IMG/VR virus record: IMGVR_UViG_3300034684_000247
Coordinates: 1 to 30,000 of that record
DNA: 30,000 nucleotides
Direction: 5' to 3' (one strand)
DNA from: a virus
Taxonomy: Duplodnaviria; Caudoviricetes
How positions within the stretch are numbered: the stretch's first letter is position 1; each line of letters begins with the position of its first letter. Positions 10,101-17,308 of this stretch are shown one piece after another. The position numbers were made by a program, and so were the translations under genes. The notes beneath the pieces are model-generated. The model saw nothing but the letters and a program-made list of their open reading frames with translations. It was not told the DNA's origin and searched no databases.

Positions 10101-13100
10101 GCATCTGCCTCAGCCTGGGTGTTAACCTTGCTTTTCTGTAATGTGGTTTGCCCTACCACCTTACCGTTTTTATCCCGTTTATATTTAACCACCTTGAACA
10201 TGAGTTCTTCAGATTCTGTCTTTGAGAAAATCGGAACAGGATTCGGACGGAAGAAAGGGACAACATCCTGTTTGAAGATGTATTGCAATGCCCTCGCATA
10301 TTTTCTCACCTGATCAAAGGAAAGATCTTGCCCTTTAACCCTTGATGGGTATAGGGAAGATATAACAGCCGGGGCTATTCTGGACTGAGATCCCTTATAG
10401 CTCAACAAGGTATTTGTTGTGGGAACCCCCAATGCCTCGGCAAGAAGGTCTTTCCCCCCCACATCCACAACTAGGGCAAGAGCTTCCCTAGTGAATTGCT
10501 CTTGTACAGGAATAGAAGCATTATTGATTTCATAACCAAGATCGGGTGCAGGAATTGCTTCCCAGGTAACAACCTGGGAGGATGCCTGTATAGCTTCCTT
10601 GAAGGAAAACCCTGAACGTTCTGCCTCTTTTCTCACTTCCTCTGATGTCCCAGCATACTTCAGCGCATTGCTTCTCCATCTCTGTAAATGATTTACCCGC
10701 TTCTCCCCGGAAGAGGCATATTGCACGTTCCCCTCGTCATCCAGCCATGCATCCCCTTTTTCAAGGGAAACCTTATTCGTCATGGCCTTGACATGAGGCA
10801 TTTCATACCTGGTCTTCATAGCAGTCCAAATTGCCGCCTGCACCTGATGTGGAGTCCAAGGGTCCTCACCTGGCAACAGCTTTGCATTGCGCTCTGCAGC
10901 CAATCTCTTCGTTGTGTTCTCGCTGAAAGAGTATTTGCCGGTTCCCTTGTCATTGCCGTACGATTCTACGATGTAGCCGAAAGCCCGGGCCATCCAAAGG
11001 TCCATCGTGGCAACATCGCTCGTATCCATGTCGGGGAAAGACTCAGGATACTTGCTGATCAATTCATTGATCAGGTTATCGTAAAAGGACCCTGTCTTTC
11101 TCCCAATCCATGTTTCGTTGTGATATAAGGCCCTTCGTGCCTTCTCGTCATTGACCCCTATCCCAGACTCAAGAGACTCTTCAGGTAACCCAGCTTTCCA
11201 ATGATTAAATGCCCTGATTGCCATGAGAGTGTTCCCAGGAACATTGTTGTTTGGCGAATATATTGCAAGGAGCTGGATGAATTTTCTGACTTGCTCCGGA
11301 TCCCGATCCAACATTTTCCAGACTTCCAGAGCACTCTCTTCATACCAATAACGGCCTGATACACCCTCACTTATATATTTTCTAAGCTCCCTGAGCAACC
11401 TGTTCCAGTCCTTCCTGTCCTTGACCCATTCAGGTGCACCCTTGATGATGCCGGTAGAGGTAATCTCCGGTTCCCAATGACGATAAGCCTTCAGTAATGG
11501 ATCAGACTTCTGGTACAACGTGTCACTGCGATAGTTGAACCGCTTTGAAGGGGGTACAATGTTCCCATCCTCATCACGCACGATGAGATCAAACAATTTT
11601 CGATTGTTCTTGGTGTTGCGGTATGCATAAGTCCTGCCATCATCATATCCCAGCTCTGCGATGGAATTCACATCCCACCATACATGCTCCAACGGTACAG
11701 AATGGCTGATGATCCTGTATCCCCCCGGGATCATCCTTCCTTCGTTCCTGGCATATTCGACATCAGGCGTGACCCAGTCCCCGTTTCTGAACCAATCCTC
11801 TTTCACATTCTTGGGGATTGCACGATACAGACGGATATTCCCTCTGCCGTATCTTTCCAACCGGTCCAATGCAGACCTTACCTTCCAGAAGGAATACATT
11901 TCAGTATCCCCTGCATACCAGCGGGGGTGATCCCAATAGTCCTTTGGCAATAACCCTGATTCGTCAAGCCTAGCCAGATTGGCACTGAAGTTATCCTTGC
12001 TGTTCGGAGCCTGATGTTGCATCCTGAAATCATTGGAGGAGATGTACCCTCGTCTTCTGGCCATTTCATCCACGATCCGTTGGGCTGTGGTTTCGTCGCC
12101 TGCCTCCAGCGCCTTGAAATAACGATCGTCAGCTGAGGACTCCTGGAACAAAGGACCCCTTGGGACTGATTCAATACTGTAGGGTTCAACCGATGCTATA
12201 CGGATCTGTTCATTCCTGAACACAACAGCTTCCACAACCTCCCCATTGCGCAGATCAAGCACCCCGTCATACCCATAGGATTGGATTTTCTCTGCAAGCA
12301 ACTTCCCAAACTCCGAGGAATATTGCTCCACTCTTGGGTTCTCTTTTACAATTTCGTCTCTAATTTTACTCCATTCTTTGTCCCATTCCTGATCATATCG
12401 AAGAGGATTATCCATTTTCAAATATGCATGGTAGATATATCCTATATTGTTTTTTGTAGCATAGGTCTGCGCTATACCCTTGTCCCCGGTAAAATAATAC
12501 CCAGCACCCAGATATCCGTTGTCATTATCCTGTGTCCGAATGAAATCATCGAACATGTTCGGGCTTCCATGCAGCAATTCAATCGGATTCCCATTCTCAT
12601 CCACGACCTTGCTTTCACCGAACCATGCCTTGAATGCTTCGCTATTAATAGGGGGGGCTTGCTGGAAGAGAATGTTCGGATTATTTGAATCCCATGTACC
12701 TTGGTTGTTTACTGATTTAATCTTTGTGGGAGCGAAGACAACGATCTCATTACCGAAACGAGCAGCATCATACCCAAGGTTTTCAGCAATCTGTATGTCA
12801 TACTGCTGTGCAAGAGCTAAGAGGTCCTGATTGCTTGCGTTATCAAACCCAGGCTCCATCCATACTACGTCAATCTTCAGTCCATCTAGGGACCGTTCTT
12901 CTCTAGCTTTCGCTCTTTCATGGAAATAGTTTTCTGTATCGGCCTTCTTCTTCTCAAAAAACTTTGCTCCAGCTTGTCTACCTTTTTCTGTATCGTCAAA
13001 AGATTTCCTTACTTCTTTCCCATATCCTGCTATTTCTGATTCTGGGACTTTATCATTTAACCTGTCTATAATTCTTGATCTATCTTCATTACTTAGGTTA

Positions 13101-16100
13101 CCCCAGTCTAATAGCCTTTCAGCGCTAATATAAACCGGCATGATATTAGCCCCATACTGTTGTGCTTTACGTATATCAGGAGTGAAATAATATCCATATC
13201 CCAATGATGGTAGCTTTTCTCCGGTATTACTAAAAGTTGTAAATGCAGCATCAGTTCCATGATACACAACCAGCGGATTCCCGTTCTCATCCACGACCTT
13301 GCTTTCACCAAACCATTGCTTGAATGCTTCGCTGTCGGTTGGTGGAGCTTCCTGGAAGAGGATGTTAGAGTTACTCCCGTCGAACGTTCCGATGTTGCCG
13401 GTTGCGGATTTGATTTGGGTGGGTTTATAGACTACATATGATTCTGATCGCCCTGATGAGGATGGATCTGTAAACGCTACCCCGTCATAACCAATGTACT
13501 CGGCTGTACGTAGCACATCATCTTGATAGTTTTGATAGAAGTCTTGTGTTCCGTATGACCTGTTGGCATCTACGCCCGATTCGCCAATCCCATCACGGAA
13601 CAATATAACATCTTCAATAATGTGGTCATAATCTTCTGAACCCTCGGTAGCTTCTACGGCTTGATTGATTTTCAAATCCTGCTCTTCTTCTGTATCAAGT
13701 TCCCAAAGGTATCCGAGCTCTGAAAATTCTGAATGATCATAATAACGGCTCTCCAGATAGCTTCCTAAATCTGACGGATCATACTTGCTGCCGAAAGCAC
13801 TTGTTAACACCTCTTTTCTAACGGAATACTTATCCAAATAGGCGGGGTTCCTTATGTCCAGAAACACCTCATATATTTTTCCCCCATAGAAATCCGCTGT
13901 ATTTTTATCTGGCGCAAAGAAAAATCCGTATGATGTTCTTTGCTCTGCAAATGTATCAAATTCATTGGGTGAACCATGATAGACAATCAACGGCTCCCCA
14001 TTTTCATCGACAACCTTGGAAGCGTTCTCAGGATCATTGATCCAGTCCCCAAACCATTCTATGAATGCGGGAGTACGCACCTGCACCCATTGACGCTCGG
14101 TGAGATTGGTAGGTTTCCCATTTGGGGCCTTCATCCACTGGTCAGTGTTGTAATACCTGTCGTGTAGCTCGGCATACTCGGCCTGAAGTTGCTCCTGCTG
14201 ACCTTGTTCTTCCTCAATTGAAATTGAATAGATATCATCGGGGTCAAAGATAGCGACAGTGTCTGATTCAAGACCGCTCGGGGAGTCACCGATATTCCTG
14301 AAATAAACTCCATTGTACCCTTCCAGGAGTGCCTTCTCGATTGTCTCATCAATATTGACATCTCCCTCTACTTCCAGAAGATTCGTAGCGCCAAGATACA
14401 CCCTGTTCAGGACAGGGTCTGCCTCTGATGGGAATGCATTGAAATCTCCTGTTGCAAGTGAGGACTCTATGCTTGCAAGCTTTTCGTCTGCTTGGTTGAT
14501 TTGCTCTTCCAAGTCCTCAAGCCTCTGGTCATATTCTTCTGTATCAATCTCATCGTTGTGCCACTGCTTGGTGATGCGCTCGCTTTCCTCATTCAGATCA
14601 TCCATCAAGGCCTCAAGACGCACTTGCTCCTCTCGCATTGCACGAGCCTCAGCTGCAAGGTCTGCATACTCTTGTGCAACCTCCTCGCTATCAGTAAAGA
14701 AGAATGCCTTGCCTGCACTGTTGGCCCCAGTAATGAGCCCTTGCTGAGTTGGGCTATAATCATCTATCGCACGATCGCTACCGTGGAAAAATACACGGAG
14801 GGACCCATCGGGATTCTTCAATGTTTCATGTGCACTCTTCGCAATCATCCTATACTGGAACGAACCTGTTGCAGGGGCTTTCTGTTTCAGTGCCACTCCT
14901 GGGCCTGATGTGGGAGGCGTCCCTTCCTTGGTGTTTGAGACAATCAGGTTGTCAAACATCTGTTTCACCTCTGGGTCCAGCTCACCACCGAACTCTAGGA
15001 CGAAACGTTGGAGCACAGCCTTCATTCGTCTGAAGATGTTGCTGAGGCCTTCTGTCGGGGCCTCTCCTGTCCGCAAGTATCTGACAAAGTCATCGGCAAA
15101 TGCTTCCTCATTTGCTTCGACCACTTTCAACGCGGCCTCAAATGAATCAAATGTCTGGTCTCCCACAACATATCTGTCACCCACCTTGTTGATGTCCTCA
15201 ATCCAGACACCAGTGGAGCCCTTCCCATAATGGGCTGTAAATTCGGCGATCTGTTCCTTTGTCGCAGTACCACGCAAGAAGTGCCCGATCTCATGGAGCA
15301 GGGTGGAAGCATCCGCCCGTTCGGTGAGATGGATTGTATATTGTTTCTTCCCATCCACCGTTATGTTGTTGATATACCCGCGCTCCCCCTCAGGAGATGC
15401 CTTCACGAGCTTGAACAGCAGATTCTCCCTGAGCATCTGGTCAGTGCTGATACCAAGTGTGTCGGCAACCAGTTTAATTGCATCTACATTGCTCTCGAGA
15501 TCTGCAGTTGAAATACGTCCTTCCGTATGGGATGACAAGTCTCCCAATGCCCTCTTGATTGTCTCTCGCTCCTCCCATGCAAGAGCTTGTTCCTCGGACA
15601 CCCTTGCCAAGCTATATGGGGACTCTGGATCATCGTAATAACTGATGTCTGGGTCGGTACCTTCCTGCCCTTCCTGCAATACACGCAAGGGAACCCTGCG
15701 GATTGCTCCATTCTCATCGCGAAGGATGATGTCAGCTCCATTCTCTTTTTCTTCCACAGATTCGATATTTGGGGCGAGAAGGTAAATTGCACGATTCATG
15801 GCATCGCCATCCTCAAATGCTATGCTCTCATCACCTAGAAGCTTCCCTCCTGTGGCAATCGCCGCACGGTTTAGCAGGGACATGCGATCATCCGTTTCCA
15901 TCGGGGCAAGGTCCTCTACAATAACCTCCATTGCCTCTGCATTCTTTTTCCTTGCCTTGGCTGCTTTCCTTGCCTCGTATTCATCCACAGGGGCAAGATG
16001 GGTCCCCACGTTGGCAACCCTGATGGGATCAATTTTTGAGTCGGGTTCTTCCTTGCCATCTTCCTCGACATCAGTTTTCGGCACGCTGACAAATGAACTA

Positions 16101-17299
16101 TCCACAGGGACTGAGGCATCGGTGGTATTGAAGTTTTTCTTTGCTTTGGCCCGTAGGGATGCTGAAACGACACCCTGTCCGATACCAGCTGAAAGCATGC
16201 TGGTAAGGAACATGCTTTTCCCTGCATCAAGGAAAGCCTTTGTGCCTTTCCTTATGCTGTCCCCAAGAGAGATCAGGTCGAATTCCGCCCCATCCTTGTT
16301 TGCCATGGCCTTCAAGGCATTGGTGAACCCATCCTCCAGGCCTGACTGGATCCCCTCCTCCACCGACTCTCCTGCCGTACCTTCAATGCTCTTGAAAGTG
16401 AAATTCTTGAATGCGTTGGCCAGCCCTCTCTCAAGATGTTTGACCAGTTCCCTGTCTGTGAATTTCGTCTTGAGCTGGCGATACCATGGGAACAGTTCCA
16501 TGCTTCCAAGTTCCACGAGCCCCATCATGCCTGCAAGGCTGTGGAACAGGGCTCCTCCTGCAGGGGAGTCCCAGGGAAGGGTGTTGTTTTCGGCGTCCCT
16601 CATGTTCATTACGTCATAAAGGACGTTGCCTGCCTGGGAATATCCTGTAGTGAAGAGGTTCACTCCGTTTGCGGCAATTCCCCCTCCCTTGGCAAGCACT
16701 TTCGAGACCGCCGGGCCCCACACCTTGTTGGCGACACCACCCGGTATCCATGAGAGGAGTGCACTGGTGAGAATGAATTTAGCGGAGGAAACAGTAGGCT
16801 GTACGCCCGAGAGCACAAGGTCACCCAATTCCCCGTATGATTCGAACAACGGGGCCTTCAAGGCCTTCGCATTGTACTCATCCGCATTCTCAAGAAACTT
16901 CGTATCTCCGGTCATTCGGTACAATGACGTATTGATACCACGCATCTCGGTCCAATAGGCTTCCTGTGCCTTGTTCTTCAATGCTTCCCAATAGGTCTTG
17001 TCGCGTGTATCTATGCCTGTAGCGGCTGAGGCAAACCCAAACTCAGCCATCTTGTTTGCGGTCTCCATGTCAATGCCGAAATTGTTGAGCATGATGGCCG
17101 TATCATGCTTTGCTATAGCACCATCAGGATCGGGGGAGTTGTAGATGATTTGCTCAAGCCCTTCCCTTGTCTTTTGCTCAATATCGAACAATCCAACCTG
17201 CAAATCGGGAACGCCGAAATCCTTTGATCTCTCAGGGTTTCCAATCTTGAGCATCCGCATGATTTCACTATTCTGCATCAATTTTTCAAAATCTGTCAT
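4196..17299 (-). CDS. Giant (4367 aa) polyvalent internal-virion/ejection protein: HExxH metallopeptidase, six ART-like domains, HhH-glycosylase-like domain, RadC/JAB domain, helical C-terminus
   Basis: Uninterrupted 13.1 kb ORF in the last ejection-protein position. Motifs: LLHEIGH (15281-15295) plus EEAFA; five [YFL]HG[ST]...[FY]F[TSA] repeats; one LYRA..WVT..ELGY domain; SP..N/K..SF/DLWMAR/QVQAAIW; HNHPSGNVKPSKED (HNH at 8300-8308). Confidence 0.85.
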   Translation of the reverse strand: MTDFEKLMQNSEIMRMLKIGNPERSKDFGVPDLQVGLFDIEQKTREGLEQIIYNSPDPDGAIAKHDTAIMLNNFGIDMETANKMAEFGFASAATGIDTRDKTYWEALKNKAQEAYWTEMRGINTSLYRMTGDTKFLENADEYNAKALKAPLFESYGELGDLVLSGVQPTVSSAKFILTSALLSWIPGGVANKVWGPAVSKVLAKGGGIAANGVNLFTTGYSQAGNVLYDVMNMRDAENNTLPWDSPAGGALFHSLAGMMGLVELGSMELFPWYRQLKTKFTDRELVKHLERGLANAFKNFTFKSIEGTAGESVEEGIQSGLEDGFTNALKAMANKDGAEFDLISLGDSIRKGTKAFLDAGKSMFLTSMLSAGIGQGVVSASLRAKAKKNFNTTDASVPVDSSFVSVPKTDVEEDGKEEPDSKIDPIRVANVGTHLAPVDEYEARKAAKARKKNAEAMEVIVEDLAPMETDDRMSLLNRAAIATGGKLLGDESIAFEDGDAMNRAIYLLAPNIESVEEKENGADIILRDENGAIRRVPLRVLQEGQEGTDPDISYYDDPESPYSLARVSEEQALAWEERETIKRALGDLSSHTEGRISTADLESNVDAIKLVADTLGISTDQMLRENLLFKLVKASPEGERGYINNITVDGKKQYTIHLTERADASTLLHEIGHFLRGTATKEQIAEFTAHYGKGSTGVWIEDINKVGDRYVVGDQTFDSFEAALKVVEANEEAFADDFVRYLRTGEAPTEGLSNIFRRMKAVLQRFVLEFGGELDPEVKQMFDNLIVSNTKEGTPPTSGPGVALKQKAPATGSFQYRMIAKSAHETLKNPDGSLRVFFHGSDRAIDDYSPTQQGLITGANSAGKAFFFTDSEEVAQEYADLAAEARAMREEQVRLEALMDDLNEESERITKQWHNDEIDTEEYDQRLEDLEEQINQADEKLASIESSLATGDFNAFPSEADPVLNRVYLGATNLLEVEGDVNIDETIEKALLEGYNGVYFRNIGDSPSGLESDTVAIFDPDDIYSISIEEEQGQQEQLQAEYAELHDRYYNTDQWMKAPNGKPTNLTERQWVQVRTPAFIEWFGDWINDPENASKVVDENGEPLIVYHGSPNEFDTFAEQRTSYGFFFAPDKNTADFYGGKIYEVFLDIRNPAYLDKYSVRKEVLTSAFGSKYDPSDLGSYLESRYYDHSEFSELGYLWELDTEEEQDLKINQAVEATEGSEDYDHIIEDVILFRDGIGESGVDANRSYGTQDFYQNYQDDVLRTAEYIGYDGVAFTDPSSSGRSESYVVYKPTQIKSATGNIGTFDGSNSNILFQEAPPTDSEAFKQWFGESKVVDENGNPLVVYHGTDAAFTTFSNTGEKLPSLGYGYYFTPDIRKAQQYGANIMPVYISAERLLDWGNLSNEDRSRIIDRLNDKVPESEIAGYGKEVRKSFDDTEKGRQAGAKFFEKKKADTENYFHERAKAREERSLDGLKIDVVWMEPGFDNASNQDLLALAQQYDIQIAENLGYDAARFGNEIVVFAPTKIKSVNNQGTWDSNNPNILFQQAPPINSEAFKAWFGESKVVDENGNPIELLHGSPNMFDDFIRTQDNDNGYLGAGYYFTGDKGIAQTYATKNNIGYIYHAYLKMDNPLRYDQEWDKEWSKIRDEIVKENPRVEQYSSEFGKLLAEKIQSYGYDGVLDLRNGEVVEAVVFRNEQIRIASVEPYSIESVPRGPLFQESSADDRYFKALEAGDETTAQRIVDEMARRRGYISSNDFRMQHQAPNSKDNFSANLARLDESGLLPKDYWDHPRWYAGDTEMYSFWKVRSALDRLERYGRGNIRLYRAIPKNVKEDWFRNGDWVTPDVEYARNEGRMIPGGYRIISHSVPLEHVWWDVNSIAELGYDDGRTYAYRNTKNNRKLFDLIVRDEDGNIVPPSKRFNYRSDTLYQKSDPLLKAYRHWEPEITSTGIIKGAPEWVKDRKDWNRLLRELRKYISEGVSGRYWYEESALEVWKMLDRDPEQVRKFIQLLAIYSPNNNVPGNTLMAIRAFNHWKAGLPEESLESGIGVNDEKARRALYHNETWIGRKTGSFYDNLINELISKYPESFPDMDTSDVATMDLWMARAFGYIVESYGNDKGTGKYSFSENTTKRLAAERNAKLLPGEDPWTPHQVQAAIWTAMKTRYEMPHVKAMTNKVSLEKGDAWLDDEGNVQYASSGEKRVNHLQRWRSNALKYAGTSEEVRKEAERSGFSFKEAIQASSQVVTWEAIPAPDLGYEINNASIPVQEQFTREALALVVDVGGKDLLAEALGVPTTNTLLSYKGSQSRIAPAVISSLYPSRVKGQDLSFDQVRKYARALQYIFKQDVVPFFRPNPVPIFSKTESEELMFKVVKYKRDKNGKVVGQTTLQKSKVNTQAEADAYRSEYLKKNEKDIKKGKLQEEDIAIVGGKYARAVKIAFNADLSREKVTRIATLLGNIFEDVGFTQSAPDEIIIVNPHTDDVSHVPRIYNEDFLDVLGEFIEDYADDLGITESGKIWVEGEYGYDASEGRSEGSEREGILDKGNISRRSDLFSWVVDRGKLYEELLERYSGEQLRRTEERLRTSLFQKAPPVGSVAFDEKFKNTKIKDANGNPLMVYHGSASLFTDYSSRLLGRNTDALDALQGHFFSTSKDTAKSYAVSAMPPRALILKQLREELYQELHDRGLSPNADDPVVRQINWVDSSLEDIEDLIDRGAQSWDPTIIGAYVNLENPVEIDLTDPTVSDEWIGMIAQARQDGHDGVILINDRFTDENTIIVFDDANIGSSAYYLGSEGFEEEHEFTHEIDMDSMLKGIDVEVRGELEIIRHDDSENYDEDNLQRIINVIDEELMDLKPESGVDQKYDSQFPDQSLFGLGKAASKELPGWGPLRGDPTQWGYDGTESSPIIDGDWRRFRKIDFKGTKVRSSTDLAKLFSIYRNPKVEYFHVIITKDIGEGAVEILEHHALTSGLPGMTIGVTSRFPKDILEMMIDRRADGFFLLHNHPSGNVKPSKEDFGVSRNYSENIPGFKGHIILDHNKFSMIKSDMSTELYTFLSGEGFHKVPMQPRTSLGISYSHEAVGQYALSIMKDRKGILLYVNTQNEVLDVQPIEDTVDFDDVFATIKREGYVYVFVVTSDETLYEKAIADGEERYQNEGVFVRDVILVKDNEFVSALQSAEIYSTSIFSWQQREYRRRHRNHEFDNYVFESSPTLYQLSEEAKQEVLRRRADEVKKAVQAYYWIPDKILEEYAGQEWADRELQFRERLKEFPQLLSMAKEFVDLDEYLEYMRGEVGPWPAVDESFYRRVHAYSRIMTPKEKDAQFVRLHTGTDKALIALGRTLKGYLDVDPKLDRVVHRWGSFRGVSTFVKQLDTDSTAEEIQRARALVQQDPRPYRRALQYIEQAEDRVKAYRGELPSGHADREAYYDSLGEDIQEALDSPMNYDDMSDREVAAHLRTTTDKRDQYNARERLATHNGVLALERQANKELKELGTQAKRDIRIVKEELSQARKELADTKHALEEQGESLKELEEKARKNGDTTQLKKALEERRERVKDLRSQLTKANERTRVLTSRVETLEKREASRKLRDEIERLQKRIKEKIVFKPETLDASYEPMFSAIQRLFGEKMYPVNLPEQMGQYFGSDMMKMIMYGKPIGEWSLEDLGALLDGAHLMRLDARVMLERRILERQNRLQNIAVQIYRQSYGENPEINPGYGSVVGDILDDLTTKREQYQESTFAAIFNTIKSSIGKMQRIARMLDGNKEGYLYDLLVRQAYEKQTEELRESLRRIEEADKVMKELGIDNRALAKDAYTYTMYSGQKKTLTKGEVIGLYVYSQNPIGLQKLIHNRGNGISLDQINEAIDTLTEKEKKWGDYMIDSLGGDETWERMRDVYYEVYNQNLGRRERYFTFIADGVEDEGNMDIINGAMRESLRWVDKGMTKPVNVHAIYPLKLNVTHTYTSQIKRQEHFIQWADWVRDMNYLMVRGTVGQNIRMRFGKRYYDQVLEYIKDVGSPQSIMDDIEKLGSKIVSNAAVAALSLNFLTMLKQLPSFSAAIRGDIGAIELAQAALRLTNPRTNKQAIEFIHEMSPYMKKRAISVEVEKYQATDFDGAFSSKVQEFNEKIGMKGIQMMDHAAVYTLWLAAYDTYIRRNPENMAEQALRKEAAFRATQLISETQPTSITTDLAGVQRKKSPWVRTALLFTNQIFQYINMVWYDLPTSWKNYQMTKDPQQIRKMFGIVMNMAISGGLIILVSGAAFRRDGEDDDEYWKRLRNEVFSMIASYSLPYVGSMVSQGLSGFYGGDLVDLPSAFGRALGTDWTDWEKMDKRIWDLLDGVGAIQGLPTAFINRAIKAYEGRNPFELFGANYGRLWEDQ
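12584..12676. repeat. Intragenic direct repeat, copy A (encodes NILFQQAPPINSEAFKAWFGESKVVDENGNP)
   Basis: 12584-12643 matches 13274-13333 at 56 of 60 nt, with weaker similarity out to 12676. The offset is 690 nt (in frame). Confidence 0.9.
13274..13366. repeat. Intragenic direct repeat, copy B (encodes NILFQEAPPTDSEAFKQWFGESKVVDENGNP)
   Basis: Partner of 12584-12676, read directly from the sequence. Confidence 0.9.
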
Positions 17300-17308
17300 A
17301 CAAATCCC

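Noticed and set aside
12651-12657. G7 tract (and a C7 tract at 10454-10460) as phase-variation sites
   Set aside because: Short, explained by Pro/Gly codons, and the frame is intact.
4196-17299. Giant ORF as an N4-like virion RNA polymerase or a DarB-like methylase/helicase
   Set aside because: I found no polymerase catalytic motifs, helicase Walker/DExx motifs or methyltransferase NPPY/F motif. The recognisable motifs are ART, peptidase, JAB and glycosylase-like.
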